DNA of 52,664 nt from Candidatus Parepulonipiscium sp. PG-Nun2H_MBin03 (GTDB lineage Bacteria; Bacillota; Clostridia; Lachnospirales; Cellulosilyticaceae), in assembly GCA_001995005.1 (NCBI GenBank), contig MDJN01000171.1, positions 1 to 52,664 of the forward strand, given 5' to 3'. A program made the position numbers and the translations under genes. Under the pieces are notes generated by a model. It saw only the letters and a program-made list of their open reading frames with translations, made no database searches and had not been told where the DNA came from. Below, piece after piece: positions 28,911-38,577 of the stretch. Numbering within the stretch: position 1 is the stretch's first letter; every line of letters starts with the position of its first letter.

Positions 28911-29636
28911 TTATGATATCTCTATATCTAGTTCATTCATCGCATCATTTATTAAAGTGTTTATATCTCCTGCTACTTTTTTTACTTCCATCTCATCATA
29001 AGGCACTTCCTCTAATTTATTATTAGTGATAAAAGAAGCTTCTTCATAGACAGTATCTGTACTTTCTTTTTCCTCATCGCAATTATCCCAAGCCATAGTT
29101 TTAATACGTTCTTCTATCTTAGTAATTTCACTATCGTTTTGTACCTTAGTTAACTGCTCTGAAATATGTGTCATAGCTTTTTCTTTAAATTCTTTATATA
29201 TATGTGTAACCTTAATTAGCTCTTCTTTACTGCGTTGCAAAGATTCTAAACTGGCCTCTTTTATAATTTTTTCTTTTTTGTAGGCTTCTTCTAATAATGT
29301 GCTTGCAGTAGTTTCTGCCTCATCTTTAATTTGTTTTGCTTCTTCTATTGCCATATCAATCATAGTTTTAGATTGCTCCGTAGCCGTATCTTTTGTTTCT
29401 TGTGCAACTTTTTCTGCCGAAACTAAAGCATTTTGTATAGTCTGCTCCATACTTTTATAATATTGTAACGAATCACTTAAATTTAGTGCATGTATTTTTG
29501 CGTCTTTTACTTCTTGGTCCATGGTGTCCATAATCTTTATAACTTCTGCAAAAAAATTATCCACCTCTTCTATATTATATCCTCTTAAGGTAGTTTTTTT
29601 AAATTCTTTACCTTTTATATCTTCTATTGTCAACAA
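28911..29636 (-). CDS. divIVA: DivIVA domain protein
   Basis: LTIEDIKGKEFKK-LRGYNIEEVDNF plus coiled coil; likely TTG start at 29636 after GGGAG. Confidence 0.9.
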   Translation of the reverse strand: MLTIEDIKGKEFKKTTLRGYNIEEVDNFFAEVIKIMDTMDQEVKDAKIHALNLSDSLQYYKSMEQTIQNALVSAEKVAQETKDTATEQSKTMIDMAIEEAKQIKDEAETTASTLLEEAYKKEKIIKEASLESLQRSKEELIKVTHIYKEFKEKAMTHISEQLTKVQNDSEITKIEERIKTMAWDNCDEEKESTDTVYEEASFITNNKLEEVPYDEMEVKKVAGDINTLINDAMNELDIEIS

Positions 29637-29653
29637 GTAATACACTCCCTTTT

Positions 29654-30430
29654 TTACATATATTTATGCACTTTCACATAAAGTCTATTTTTTCGGCTAA
29701 CTCCTATAACTTCGACTAACTTTATTTTTCCATAACCTTTAAGAGAAATTGTCTCTTCGACTTCTAAATTATATGACTTATTTATTATGACTCCTTTGCT
29801 TTTTGCTCTGTCTTGATTGATCAGCTTAGAACACTCACTTCTTGATATCCCAAAACCTAAACTTAAAATGCTATCTAAGCGAAGTGAGGACACTGTTCCG
29901 GTTATTTCCTTAAAATTTGGCGGTGGCACAATCACTTCACTTAATTTTACTAAGGAGACTTCTATTTTACTATACCTTCCTACATGAGTTAAATTCCATC
30001 TAATATAATCGGATATCTCTGGCTCACAAAATATATATGCTATAAACTGGTTAATTATAATATCGCCTATTTTACTGCGTTCTATACCAAGACCTAAAAT
30101 ACTGCCCAAATAATCTCTATGCGTCAGTGGTTTTCCGATACCTGTTTTTACCTCAACTTTCAATGTTGCTATCGGCGGTTGGTATATCTGTGGATACGGA
30201 AAAAAACTTACTACAGAGCGTGTTGCTTCTTTGTATCCACCTATAATTTCATAGTTACTATTAAATTTTCCTTTTACATATTTTTTTAAAACACTCTCTA
30301 TCCAATCAGTTTCATAAAAATTGGTCGATATCTGTCTATGTTGGTTATATGCTTTATCATCATATTCTAATATAGTCTTTAAAAATAATTTTTCTTTTTC
30401 ATCTGTTACAATAACCCATTGTATATGCAT
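29654..30430 (-). CDS. ylmH: YlmH S4-domain RNA-binding protein
   Basis: HRDYLGSILGLGIERSKIGDI, SSLRLD, GYGK; between sepF and divIVA. Confidence 0.9.
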   Translation of the reverse strand: MHIQWVIVTDEKEKLFLKTILEYDDKAYNQHRQISTNFYETDWIESVLKKYVKGKFNSNYEIIGGYKEATRSVVSFFPYPQIYQPPIATLKVEVKTGIGKPLTHRDYLGSILGLGIERSKIGDIIINQFIAYIFCEPEISDYIRWNLTHVGRYSKIEVSLVKLSEVIVPPPNFKEITGTVSSLRLDSILSLGFGISRSECSKLINQDRAKSKGVIINKSYNLEVEETISLKGYGKIKLVEVIGVSRKNRLYVKVHKYM

Positions 30431-30431
30431 A

Positions 30432-30830
30432 TTACTCCTTATTAAGTTTAATGTGCTCTGGTAACATTACGTAAATTTTTGGTGTCAATAACTCAACAGT
30501 ACCATCAAGAGCAAAACTCACTCCAGACAAATAATCTAGTGCTCGTTGTATCTCAGGATCAGATAATTTTTCCATATTTACTATTATGGCTCTTTTGTTT
30601 TTAATATACTTTGCAATTTCTCCTGTAACATTATATTCTGCCATAGTAATGCTTAGGATCTCTTGCCTTGTTAGCGTTTGTTGTAATTTATTAGCTGGCA
30701 TAACCGGCTTTACAATCTGGGGAGTCGGTGTAGCTACAGTTTGTGAAACAATTTTTGGTTCCTCTTCGTACTCTTCATCCTCATACATATCGTCATAGTT
30801 CCCCCTGAAATTTTTCAAAAAATCAATCAT
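30432..30830 (-). CDS. sepF: Cell division protein SepF
   Basis: IIVNME, QRALDYLSGVSFALDG; start at MIDFL after GAAGGTG. Confidence 0.88.
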   Translation of the reverse strand: MIDFLKNFRGNYDDMYEDEEYEEEPKIVSQTVATPTPQIVKPVMPANKLQQTLTRQEILSITMAEYNVTGEIAKYIKNKRAIIVNMEKLSDPEIQRALDYLSGVSFALDGTVELLTPKIYVMLPEHIKLNKE

Positions 30831-30849
30831 GTATCTCACCTTCTTTTCT

Positions 30850-31506
30850 CTATTGTCTGTTACCAAATATAAATGAACCTACTCTAATGCAGTTTGACCC
30901 ACATTTTATAGCTACAGCAAAGTCACCGCTCATTCCCATAGATAAAATATCCATATTTACATTATCTCTTTTTTGTTTACTAATGTCAATAAATATTTCA
31001 TAAAGTCTGGTAAAAATATCTTTATTTTCCTCTGCATTTTTAACAAATGGTGCTACTGTCATCAGACCTTTTACATTAACTTTTTGCAATTGTTGGACAT
31101 ATTCTAGTGCATCCTCAATTTCTTCTACATAAAACCCATATTTGCTCTCTTCCCTCGCCACATTAATTTGCAACAAAACGTCTACGGTAATATTCTTTTT
31201 AATAGCTTGCCTTTCTAATTCAGCCAATAATTTAATACTGTCGACTGAATGGATTAATTTCACTTTATCAATTATATACTTAACTTTATTAGTTTGCAGA
31301 TGGCCAATTAAGTGCCAATTAATAGGCAAAGATGTACTCTCAATTTTTTCAAGTAATTCTTGTACCTTATTTTCACCAAAATCCGTTAAACCGTACTTAT
31401 ATGCCTCTTCAATTGCAGATATAGGGTAAGTTTTTGATACTGCTACTAATAAAATATCTGTTCTACCATCTAGTTGTTTTTTTAGTTCTATAATTTTTTC
31501 CTGCAC
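30850..31506 (-). CDS. yggS: PLP homeostasis protein YggS/YlmE
   Basis: LVAVSK, FGENKVQE, WHLIGHLQTNK, SMGMSGD, RVGS; GTG start. Confidence 0.96.
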   Translation of the reverse strand: MQEKIIELKKQLDGRTDILLVAVSKTYPISAIEEAYKYGLTDFGENKVQELLEKIESTSLPINWHLIGHLQTNKVKYIIDKVKLIHSVDSIKLLAELERQAIKKNITVDVLLQINVAREESKYGFYVEEIEDALEYVQQLQKVNVKGLMTVAPFVKNAEENKDIFTRLYEIFIDISKQKRDNVNMDILSMGMSGDFAVAIKCGSNCIRVGSFIFGNRQ

Positions 31507-31561
31507 GTATTTCTCTCCTTAAAAAATTTGTTGTGATTTGCCTACCAAATAGAGATTAATC

Positions 31562-33226
31562 CTAATTTTGTATATTAAAATTTTTTACTAAATCGTTTTC
31601 ATTTATTCCCTTTGGATTTGATATAATTTGGTCTTTTTGTTGCAATGCAGTGTTACTATCCATAGATAATATTGCATATTCATCGTTTTGTACTATTGGG
31701 TTAACCTTTTTAAAATTAGCATATCCTCCATTTATTGCATACACCCCTTGTACAATAACTAACTCTGTTATTTCAAAAGTTTCGTTTGTTTCAATATTTA
31801 CTAAAATATCTTTTAGTTTAACAGTATTTGCAGTTTCTAAATTTTGTTCTATGCCTCTGTAATCATCTTGTGTAAGATAAGTTGTTATCTCAACAAATGT
31901 AGTATCCTCTCCTTGTTGCACATATACACCATTTTTACCATTTTCTTTGAAAATATATGAATTTGGTATCATAATTATCATCTTTTCTACAATAGATTGT
32001 AATGGAATTTTAAGCCCTGTTGCTGCTTCTTTTCCTATAGAAAATTCTATTTTTCTTAATGATAAAAACTCCAATAAGTTAGTATCTACTTTAAATACTA
32101 GTCTAGTTCTATCTTCTATGTCAACTTTTTCAGTTAACATTGCACGTAGTATATTTTCCCCAACTACATGTAATTCATACTCATCATTTACTGTATACTC
32201 CAATGCTGTGTCCACAAAGCAAACTATCTCAAACGTATACCCTGTAACTATTCTGTATATAGGTTCATTAATTGTAGCTATATCACTCATTTTAGTAGAA
32301 ACACTTGTGTTATTAATGATATTTTTATACGTTTCATAATCCATCTCACTGCTTATCTGCTCATACCCATCTGTTTTGTAGGAGATTATCCCATTTACGT
32401 CTGAAGTAATGCTATTTTCATTCTTTTTTATTTCAGTTGTCAGTCCAACTCTTTCATTACTAATATCTTCAACTACTGTATCTTGTGCATAATAATTTCC
32501 TTTTTGGTTTATTTTTACTTCTATTTCTTTTCGCATTTCATAAATGTCTTCTGTCCCTATGTTATATTGTTTCTTATAATATGTGTTTACTATACTAGAT
32601 ATATCACTTGATATAGTTGCAATTTCAGGAGCATAACTAGACATTTCGATACGATTACTTTGAATATTAAAAAGATTTGTGTTAACTTCTTTTAATTCAT
32701 CTTCATACATATTGGCTAGATTAGTATCTGAAACTACAGCTATTTGCCCCCCTTGTTTTACCATTTGTCCTTCTTGAATAATATACGTTATGTCTCCTAG
32801 GAATGGGCTAGTATAAAGTTGTTCCGAGCGTATAACCACTCCTTCTAATATTTTACTATTATCAATCGAGCCTATCGCTACTTCTTGATATGATAGAGCT
32901 TGTACTGAATTTAATTGCATAAATAAAGCTATAGCTAATATTATAACTAGCATAAATAGTATGCTAGTTGTAATAAATTTTCTATTTGCCGTTTTTCTTC
33001 TTTTATTATAATAATAAGTACTATTTCTAATAGCAGTTGTTTGAGTTGTTGTAGTTTTTTTTGGGTTACTCTTTTTATTATTTTTATTATATGTACTGGT
33101 TGGTTTCTTACTTTGTTGCTGAGACTTAAATATCGTGTTATTTTTTTGCCTTCTATATTCTTCTAGATTTACAGTTTTCGCACTAGCGGGTACGTGTTTA
33201 CGAGTCTTTTTTTTATCCTTAGCCAT
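31562..33226 (-). CDS. HlyD/membrane-fusion-like single-TM protein of unknown function
   Basis: Basic N-terminal tail, one TM, GVVIRSE, EGQMVKQG, coiled coil, GIISYKTDGYE, GLKIP. Confidence 0.75.
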   Translation of the reverse strand: MAKDKKKTRKHVPASAKTVNLEEYRRQKNNTIFKSQQQSKKPTSTYNKNNKKSNPKKTTTTQTTAIRNSTYYYNKRRKTANRKFITTSILFMLVIILAIALFMQLNSVQALSYQEVAIGSIDNSKILEGVVIRSEQLYTSPFLGDITYIIQEGQMVKQGGQIAVVSDTNLANMYEDELKEVNTNLFNIQSNRIEMSSYAPEIATISSDISSIVNTYYKKQYNIGTEDIYEMRKEIEVKINQKGNYYAQDTVVEDISNERVGLTTEIKKNENSITSDVNGIISYKTDGYEQISSEMDYETYKNIINNTSVSTKMSDIATINEPIYRIVTGYTFEIVCFVDTALEYTVNDEYELHVVGENILRAMLTEKVDIEDRTRLVFKVDTNLLEFLSLRKIEFSIGKEAATGLKIPLQSIVEKMIIMIPNSYIFKENGKNGVYVQQGEDTTFVEITTYLTQDDYRGIEQNLETANTVKLKDILVNIETNETFEITELVIVQGVYAINGGYANFKKVNPIVQNDEYAILSMDSNTALQQKDQIISNPKGINENDLVKNFNIQN

Positions 33227-33249
33227 TTTTATCACCTACTCTAATTTTT

Positions 33250-33258
33250 TCCGACAAA
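33250..33258 (-). promoter_or_regulatory. Spo0A-box-like site near the predicted transcription start
   Basis: TTTGTCGGA, one mismatch to TTTGTCGAA. Confidence 0.3.
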
Positions 33259-33261
33259 ATT

Positions 33262-33290
33262 AGTGTAACATTTTTTTTGTATTTAGTCAA
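33262..33290 (-). promoter_or_regulatory. sigma-A promoter of the division cluster
   Basis: TTGACT-17-TACACT with extended TG. Confidence 0.7.
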
Positions 33291-33291
33291 C

Positions 33292-33331
33292 TCAAAAACT
33301 CATAAGCGACTACCAGCTTATGAGTTTTTGA
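33292..33331 (-). terminator. Terminator after phoU
   Basis: TCAAAAACTCATAAGC-8-GCTTATGAGTTTTTGA perfect 16-bp inverted repeat. Confidence 0.88.
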
Positions 33332-33332
33332 T

Positions 33333-33989
33333 CTATATATATTCACCAGTTAAGTTGTATATCATCCATTCAGATATATTAGTAATATGGTCAGCTATCC
33401 TTTCTAAGTATTTGATAATCATAATATACTGTGGTCCTACGCTTATAAAATTAGTATTCTCTTGCATATACTCAATTAATTCTTTCCAGATTTGTGTAAA
33501 TTTATCATCAATTGTATCGTCATATTCACAAACTTCTCTTAATGTATCAATGTCTTTTTGCTTAGAAGCTTCTAAGGTGCGTGAAAGCATATCACTCACA
33601 CTTTGCATCATTTTATTAGTGTGCCTTTTGAATGCATCCTTTTCAGTATAAGGTGCATCTTTAATTTTTAAGTAATAACTGCAAATATCTTGGCATTGAT
33701 CTGAAATTCTTTCCATATCAGTTATTATTTTGATAACTGACATAATAAGTCGTAAATCCTTTGCTATTGGCTGCTCTTTTGTAATAAGTAATACGCATTT
33801 ACGTTGGATTTCTAATTCTAAATCATCAACTTTCTTTTCTCCTTCTACTACTTTTTCAACAAGACTGGTGTTATTGTTTATTAATACTTCGAGGGTATTA
33901 TCTAAAATTTCTTCAATTTCCATGCCCATGTCCGCCATTGAGTAGCGTAAATCTTGTAATTCATTCATAAAATTCACTCGTGATTTCAT
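33333..33989 (-). CDS. phoU: Phosphate signalling protein PhoU
   Basis: QPIAKDLR, DMERISD, YLERIADHITNISEW. Confidence 0.95.
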   Translation of the reverse strand: MKSRVNFMNELQDLRYSMADMGMEIEEILDNTLEVLINNNTSLVEKVVEGEKKVDDLELEIQRKCVLLITKEQPIAKDLRLIMSVIKIITDMERISDQCQDICSYYLKIKDAPYTEKDAFKRHTNKMMQSVSDMLSRTLEASKQKDIDTLREVCEYDDTIDDKFTQIWKELIEYMQENTNFISVGPQYIMIIKYLERIADHITNISEWMIYNLTGEYI

Positions 33990-34007
33990 ACTATTCCCCT
34001 ATCTTTA

Positions 34008-34757
34008 TTAACCAAATCTACCTGTTATATAGTCTTCTGTTTTTTTCTTTTGAGGATTGCTAAAAATCTGCTCTGTTTCCCCTGTCTCCACCAAGTCTCC
34101 TAGTAAGAAAAAAGCAGTTTTATCTGATACACGCACTGCTTGTTGCATATTATGCGTTACTATTATAATAGTATATTTTTGTTTTAACTCATTCATTAAG
34201 TCTTCTATCTTTAAGGTTGAAATAGGATCAAGTGCAGAAGTAGGCTCATCCATTAATAACACTTCTGGACTCATCGCAATTGCTCTTGCAATGCAAAGCC
34301 GTTGTTGTTGTCCACCAGATACTCCAATTGCACTCTTTTTAAGCTTGTCTTTAACTTCGTCCCAAATCGCCGCAGATTTTAGACTACTTTCTACTATCTC
34401 ATCTAGCGTCTTCTTATTTTTTATACCTTGCATACGAGGTCCGTACGCAATATTATCATATATACTCATTGGAAAAGGATTTGGCTTCTGAAACACCATG
34501 CCAACTTTTTTTCTAAGCTCAATTACATCTTGTTTAAATATGTTCTGGCCTTTAAATGTGATACTTCCTTCAACTCTATTTTCCAGAGCCAAATCACTCA
34601 TTCTATTTAAAATTCTAAGTAATGTAGATTTTCCGCATCCAGAAGGGCCTATAAATGCCAATACTTCTTGTTCTACTACATCAAGGTTTATCCCTTTTAG
34701 TGCTCTAAAATCACCATAATAAAACGATAAATCTTTTATGTTCATTATATCACTCAT
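34008..34757 (-). CDS. pstB: Phosphate ABC transporter ATPase
   Basis: [45 protein letters not shown]. Confidence 0.96.
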   Translation of the reverse strand: MSDIMNIKDLSFYYGDFRALKGINLDVVEQEVLAFIGPSGCGKSTLLRILNRMSDLALENRVEGSITFKGQNIFKQDVIELRKKVGMVFQKPNPFPMSIYDNIAYGPRMQGIKNKKTLDEIVESSLKSAAIWDEVKDKLKKSAIGVSGGQQQRLCIARAIAMSPEVLLMDEPTSALDPISTLKIEDLMNELKQKYTIIIVTHNMQQAVRVSDKTAFFLLGDLVETGETEQIFSNPQKKKTEDYITGRFG

Positions 34758-34826
34758 ATTTATCTCCTTTTAATCTAATATTTATTTATTTCTATCTTAA
34801 AGAATATTTGTTTTCAAAATATTTTA

Positions 34827-34859
34827 TTTAGGTTAAATTAAGGTTAAATTTTTTGTAAA
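34827..34859 (-). promoter_or_regulatory. Pho-box-like 11-bp direct repeats
   Basis: Minus strand TTTACAAAAAA TTTAACCTTAA TTTAACCTAAA upstream of pstB. Confidence 0.6.
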
Positions 34860-34875
34860 TTAAACTGTCATCATC

Positions 34876-34890
34876 TTTTTTCAGAAAATA
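34876..34890 (+). promoter_or_regulatory. CodY-box-like site upstream of the hom -35
   Basis: TTTTTTCAGAAAATA, 12/15 match to AATTTTCWGAAAATT. Confidence 0.45.
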
Positions 34891-34892
34891 AC

Positions 34893-34921
34893 TTGTCATT
34901 TTTATTAAATTAATGTACTAT
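34893..34921 (+). promoter_or_regulatory. sigma-A promoter of hom-thrC
   Basis: TTGTCA-17-TACTAT. Confidence 0.65.
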
Positions 34922-34978
34922 AACACTATTAAAGGGACTTAACTTAATCGCCCTATCAAAATATTGGAGGAATGTAAA

Positions 34979-36262
34979 ATGGTAAAAATAGCAGTTTTAG
35001 GTTGTGGTACAGTTGGTGGTGGGGTTTTTAAATTAATAAAACAAAATGCCAACGATATTGAACAACGGATTGGACAAAAAGTTGAAGTCAAAAAAGTGCT
35101 AGAAAGAGACGCAGATAAAGCTCACTCAATTGGTGTTACAACTGAATTATGCACTTCATATGATGAGATTTTACAAGATGATGAGATTAAAATTATTGTT
35201 GAATTAATCGGCGGCACTGAATTTGCATATGATTGTATTATAAAAGCTATAGAAGCTGGTAAAAATGTTGTAACTGCAAATAAAGATTTACTTGCAATTA
35301 AAGGCGAAGAGATTTTTAGCCTTGCTAAACAAAAAGGTGTTGACATATGCTTTGAAGCAAGTGTTGCAGGTAGCATACCTATTATTGGACCTATGCAAAA
35401 TGTTTTATGTGCCAATACATTTAGTGCTATAGTAGGAATTTTAAATGGAACAACAAATTACATCTTAACCAAAATGAATGATTTTGGCTTATCTTATGAA
35501 GAAGCGTTAAAGCAAGCTGCAGATTTAGGGTATGCTGAAGCTAATCCTAGCTCTGACGTAGAAGGAACAGACGCTGCTCGTAAAATTGCAATTTTAGGTA
35601 GCCTTGCCTTTAATTCACGTTGCACACTATCTAATGTGTATTGCGAAGGTATTACTAAAATTGTTGAAAAAGATATAATACTTGCTAAGAAGCTAGGCTA
35701 TACAATCAAATTAATAGGAATGGCCAAAGAAAAAGATGATAAAATAATATTATTTGTAAGACCAACATTCGTCCCTATGTCTCATCCTTTAGCTTCTGTA
35801 AATGATGTGTTTAATGCAGTATTTCTAAAGTGTGATGCAGCAGATGAAATCATGTTATACGGGCGTGGCGCAGGTGAAATGCCTACTGCAAGCTCTGTAG
35901 TTGGAGATGTTATGACAATTTGTAATAGCATAGCAAATAATACTACTGGTCAGCACGGGCTAGATTGTTATAAGCAAAAGGAAATTTTACCAATTGGTGA
36001 ACTAGAATCTTCTTTTTGTTTAAGACTTAGAGTGGCTGATAAACCTAATGTATTAGCAGGAATTGCAAGCGAACTAGGTAATCGTGGTGTTAGCATTGAA
36101 TCTGTTATTCAATCACCTGTCCCAGATGTTGATATGGCAAGCCTTACTATAATTACTCATAAAGCAAAAGAGCAAGCTTTACAAGATGCTATTAGCAGTC
36201 TAAAAGAAAAAGAATATGTAGAAAAAGCTTATATATTTATGTGCTTAGATAAAACAAACTAA
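34979..36262 (+). CDS. hom: Homoserine dehydrogenase with ACT domain
   Basis: GCGTVGGG, VVTANK, FEASVAG, LNGTTNYIL, GYAEANP, GRGAG; ATG after GGAGG. Confidence 0.96.
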   Translation: MVKIAVLGCGTVGGGVFKLIKQNANDIEQRIGQKVEVKKVLERDADKAHSIGVTTELCTSYDEILQDDEIKIIVELIGGTEFAYDCIIKAIEAGKNVVTANKDLLAIKGEEIFSLAKQKGVDICFEASVAGSIPIIGPMQNVLCANTFSAIVGILNGTTNYILTKMNDFGLSYEEALKQAADLGYAEANPSSDVEGTDAARKIAILGSLAFNSRCTLSNVYCEGITKIVEKDIILAKKLGYTIKLIGMAKEKDDKIILFVRPTFVPMSHPLASVNDVFNAVFLKCDAADEIMLYGRGAGEMPTASSVVGDVMTICNSIANNTTGQHGLDCYKQKEILPIGELESSFCLRLRVADKPNVLAGIASELGNRGVSIESVIQSPVPDVDMASLTIITHKAKEQALQDAISSLKEKEYVEKAYIFMCLDKTN

Positions 36263-36272
36263 GGAGGATTAT

Positions 36273-37724
36273 ATGTTCTACACTAGTACCCGTGGGGATA
36301 ATAATAAAGTAACAGCTGCACAAGCTATAGTTAAAGGACTTGCTCCAGATAAGGGACTGTATACGCCTGAGAGTATCCCTGTTTTATCACAACAAGAGCA
36401 ATCCAACATACCAAATATGTCGTATAAACAAGTTGCTAACCTAGTATTTAGTAAGTTTTTAACCGACTTTACAAATGAACAAATTGATAATTGCATTAAT
36501 AATGCTTATGATAATACGTTTGATAATGATGAGGTTGCACCTCTATATAAATTAAATGAACTTACTCAAATATTAGAACTTTGGCACGGTCCAACCTGTG
36601 CATTTAAAGATGTAGCCCTGCAAATTTTACCGCATTTTCTTACTACAGCTATAGATATTACAAATGAAAAAAATGATATTGCTATAATAGTTGCAACATC
36701 TGGAGATACCGGAAAAGCAGCTCTTGAAGGCTTTAAAGATGTCAAAGGAACTAAAATAGTTGTAATGTATCCTAATACCGGAGTTAGCCTAATCCAAAAA
36801 CAACAAATGATTACGCAAGACGGTGAAAATGTACATGTTATCGCTATAAAAGGTAATTTTGATGATGCTCAAACTGCAGCCAAAAATATTTTTACAAATA
36901 CAGAACTTAATGAAAAATTATTACAAAATCACACTAAATTATCTAGTGCTAATAGCATAAACTGGGGTCGTTTACTGCCTCAAATAGTTTATTATGTTAA
37001 AAGCAGTTTTGACATTGCACAAGGTGACATAGATTATGTAGTTCCGACTGGGAATTTTGGTAATATATTAGCTGGATATTACGCAAAAATGATGGGAGCC
37101 CCTATTGGAAAATTAATATGCGCATCTAATTCAAATAATGTATTAACTGACTTTATAAAAACTGGAGTATATGATAAAAGACGTGAATTTTTAAAGACTC
37201 TATCTCCGTCAATGGATATATTAATCTCGTCAAATCTCGAAAGATTATTATACGAGATATCCGGGCACGACAGCACGCTTATAAATTCTCTTATGACAGA
37301 GCTTGATACAAACGGATATTATGAACTTCCTGCAACCTTAAAAGAAAAAATGCAGCAATTATTTGTCGCTGAATGTGCTAGCGATATCGAAACTCAACAA
37401 GCAATTGCACAATGTTTTAATAAGTATAATTATCTATTAGACACTCATACCGCTGTTGCGTATTATGTATTAGAAAAATTAAATAATAATAATCCTACTG
37501 TAATTGTTTCTACAGCAAGTGCATATAAATTTCCAACCGGTGTATACACTGCTCTTAAAGACTGTCATCCTACTGTAGACGAATATCAATTATTAAAAGA
37601 TTTAGAAAGCTTAACAAATTGTGAAATACCAAAACCAATTCAAAATCTTGAACAAAAAGCAGTTTTGCACACGCTGCTCTGCGATAAAACGGATATAGAT
37701 GCTACAATAACTAAATTAATCTAA
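36273..37724 (+). CDS. thrC: Threonine synthase
   Basis: YTSTRG, ELWHGPTCAFKD, ATSGDTG, NSINWGR, PTGNFGN, SPSMDI. Confidence 0.96.
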   Translation: MFYTSTRGDNNKVTAAQAIVKGLAPDKGLYTPESIPVLSQQEQSNIPNMSYKQVANLVFSKFLTDFTNEQIDNCINNAYDNTFDNDEVAPLYKLNELTQILELWHGPTCAFKDVALQILPHFLTTAIDITNEKNDIAIIVATSGDTGKAALEGFKDVKGTKIVVMYPNTGVSLIQKQQMITQDGENVHVIAIKGNFDDAQTAAKNIFTNTELNEKLLQNHTKLSSANSINWGRLLPQIVYYVKSSFDIAQGDIDYVVPTGNFGNILAGYYAKMMGAPIGKLICASNSNNVLTDFIKTGVYDKRREFLKTLSPSMDILISSNLERLLYEISGHDSTLINSLMTELDTNGYYELPATLKEKMQQLFVAECASDIETQQAIAQCFNKYNYLLDTHTAVAYYVLEKLNNNNPTVIVSTASAYKFPTGVYTALKDCHPTVDEYQLLKDLESLTNCEIPKPIQNLEQKAVLHTLLCDKTDIDATITKLI

Positions 37725-37739
37725 TCGGATAAAAACGTT

Positions 37740-38234
37740 ATGCCAAAAAGCAAAAAGCACGCACAACTTGAAGAAAATAGAAATAAGTATATAGCTAATA
37801 AATTCAAAGATTTTTACTATAAAGATAAAAAATATCGTGCTCGTTGTATTCCTTTAAAGTTTAAGGAAGATTTATTCAATATTATATATCTGACTCATTA
37901 TATAGAAAGTAATAGCGACGAGATAGATACCGAAGGATATATATATTATAAGCCGATGCTTTCACGTAAAGGTAAACTATATATGTTTAAAAATCTTTCT
38001 ACTGCAAAAACTGCAAAAAAGGATGCTCCTCGAAAAAAAGAGTCTCCTGAGCCTACAAATATTTTCTCAGCAGGTATAGGTAAATTGTCTTACCTTATGA
38101 AATCATATTTATTTGGACGCTCTAGCAAAGGAAAAGCTGAAATTCATATCGCTCTTAATACTATACTTATATTTTTACCATATCTCATACTAATAGGTAT
38201 AGGCATATACTTATATGTCATGGGATATCAATAA
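37740..38234 (+). CDS. Hypothetical basic protein with C-terminal TM anchor
   Basis: 164-aa ORF 15 nt after thrC; hydrophobic C-terminus; weak RBS. Confidence 0.65.
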   Translation: MPKSKKHAQLEENRNKYIANKFKDFYYKDKKYRARCIPLKFKEDLFNIIYLTHYIESNSDEIDTEGYIYYKPMLSRKGKLYMFKNLSTAKTAKKDAPRKKESPEPTNIFSAGIGKLSYLMKSYLFGRSSKGKAEIHIALNTILIFLPYLILIGIGIYLYVMGYQ

Positions 38235-38246
38235 ATTTCGTATAGC

Positions 38247-38274
38247 ATTGTATAATTTCCGTCATTATTGTCAA
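38247..38274 (-). promoter_or_regulatory. Antisense sigma-A-like promoter divergent from hfq
   Basis: TTGACA-16-TACAAT on the minus strand. Confidence 0.45.
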
Positions 38275-38333
38275 TAATCTAGGTACTACAAAGATATTCA
38301 TTATAAATTATATAATATTAGGAGCTGATAACT

Positions 38334-38570
38334 ATGAATAAAAGTGGTAATCTACAAGATGTAATTCTTAATCAATTAAGAAAAGAAAAAATTTATACAA
38401 CTATCTTTCTTGTCAGTGGATTCCAAATAAAGGGCACCATTAAGGGATTTGATAACTTTATAGTGTTGTTAGATGTAGAAGGCAAACAACAATTACTATA
38501 TAAGCATGCTATATCCACTATTTGCCCTTCAAAATCTGTTTCCCTAAACCCAACAGAATCTCAGCTATAA
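38334..38570 (+). CDS. hfq: RNA chaperone Hfq
   Basis: [30 protein letters not shown]. Confidence 0.96.
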   Translation: MNKSGNLQDVILNQLRKEKIYTTIFLVSGFQIKGTIKGFDNFIVLLDVEGKQQLLYKHAISTICPSKSVSLNPTESQL

Positions 38571-38577
38571 AATAAGC

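Noticed and set aside
34922-34978. T-box or SAM riboswitch before hom
   Set aside because: Leader of about 50 nt; no T-box sequence, aptamer or terminator
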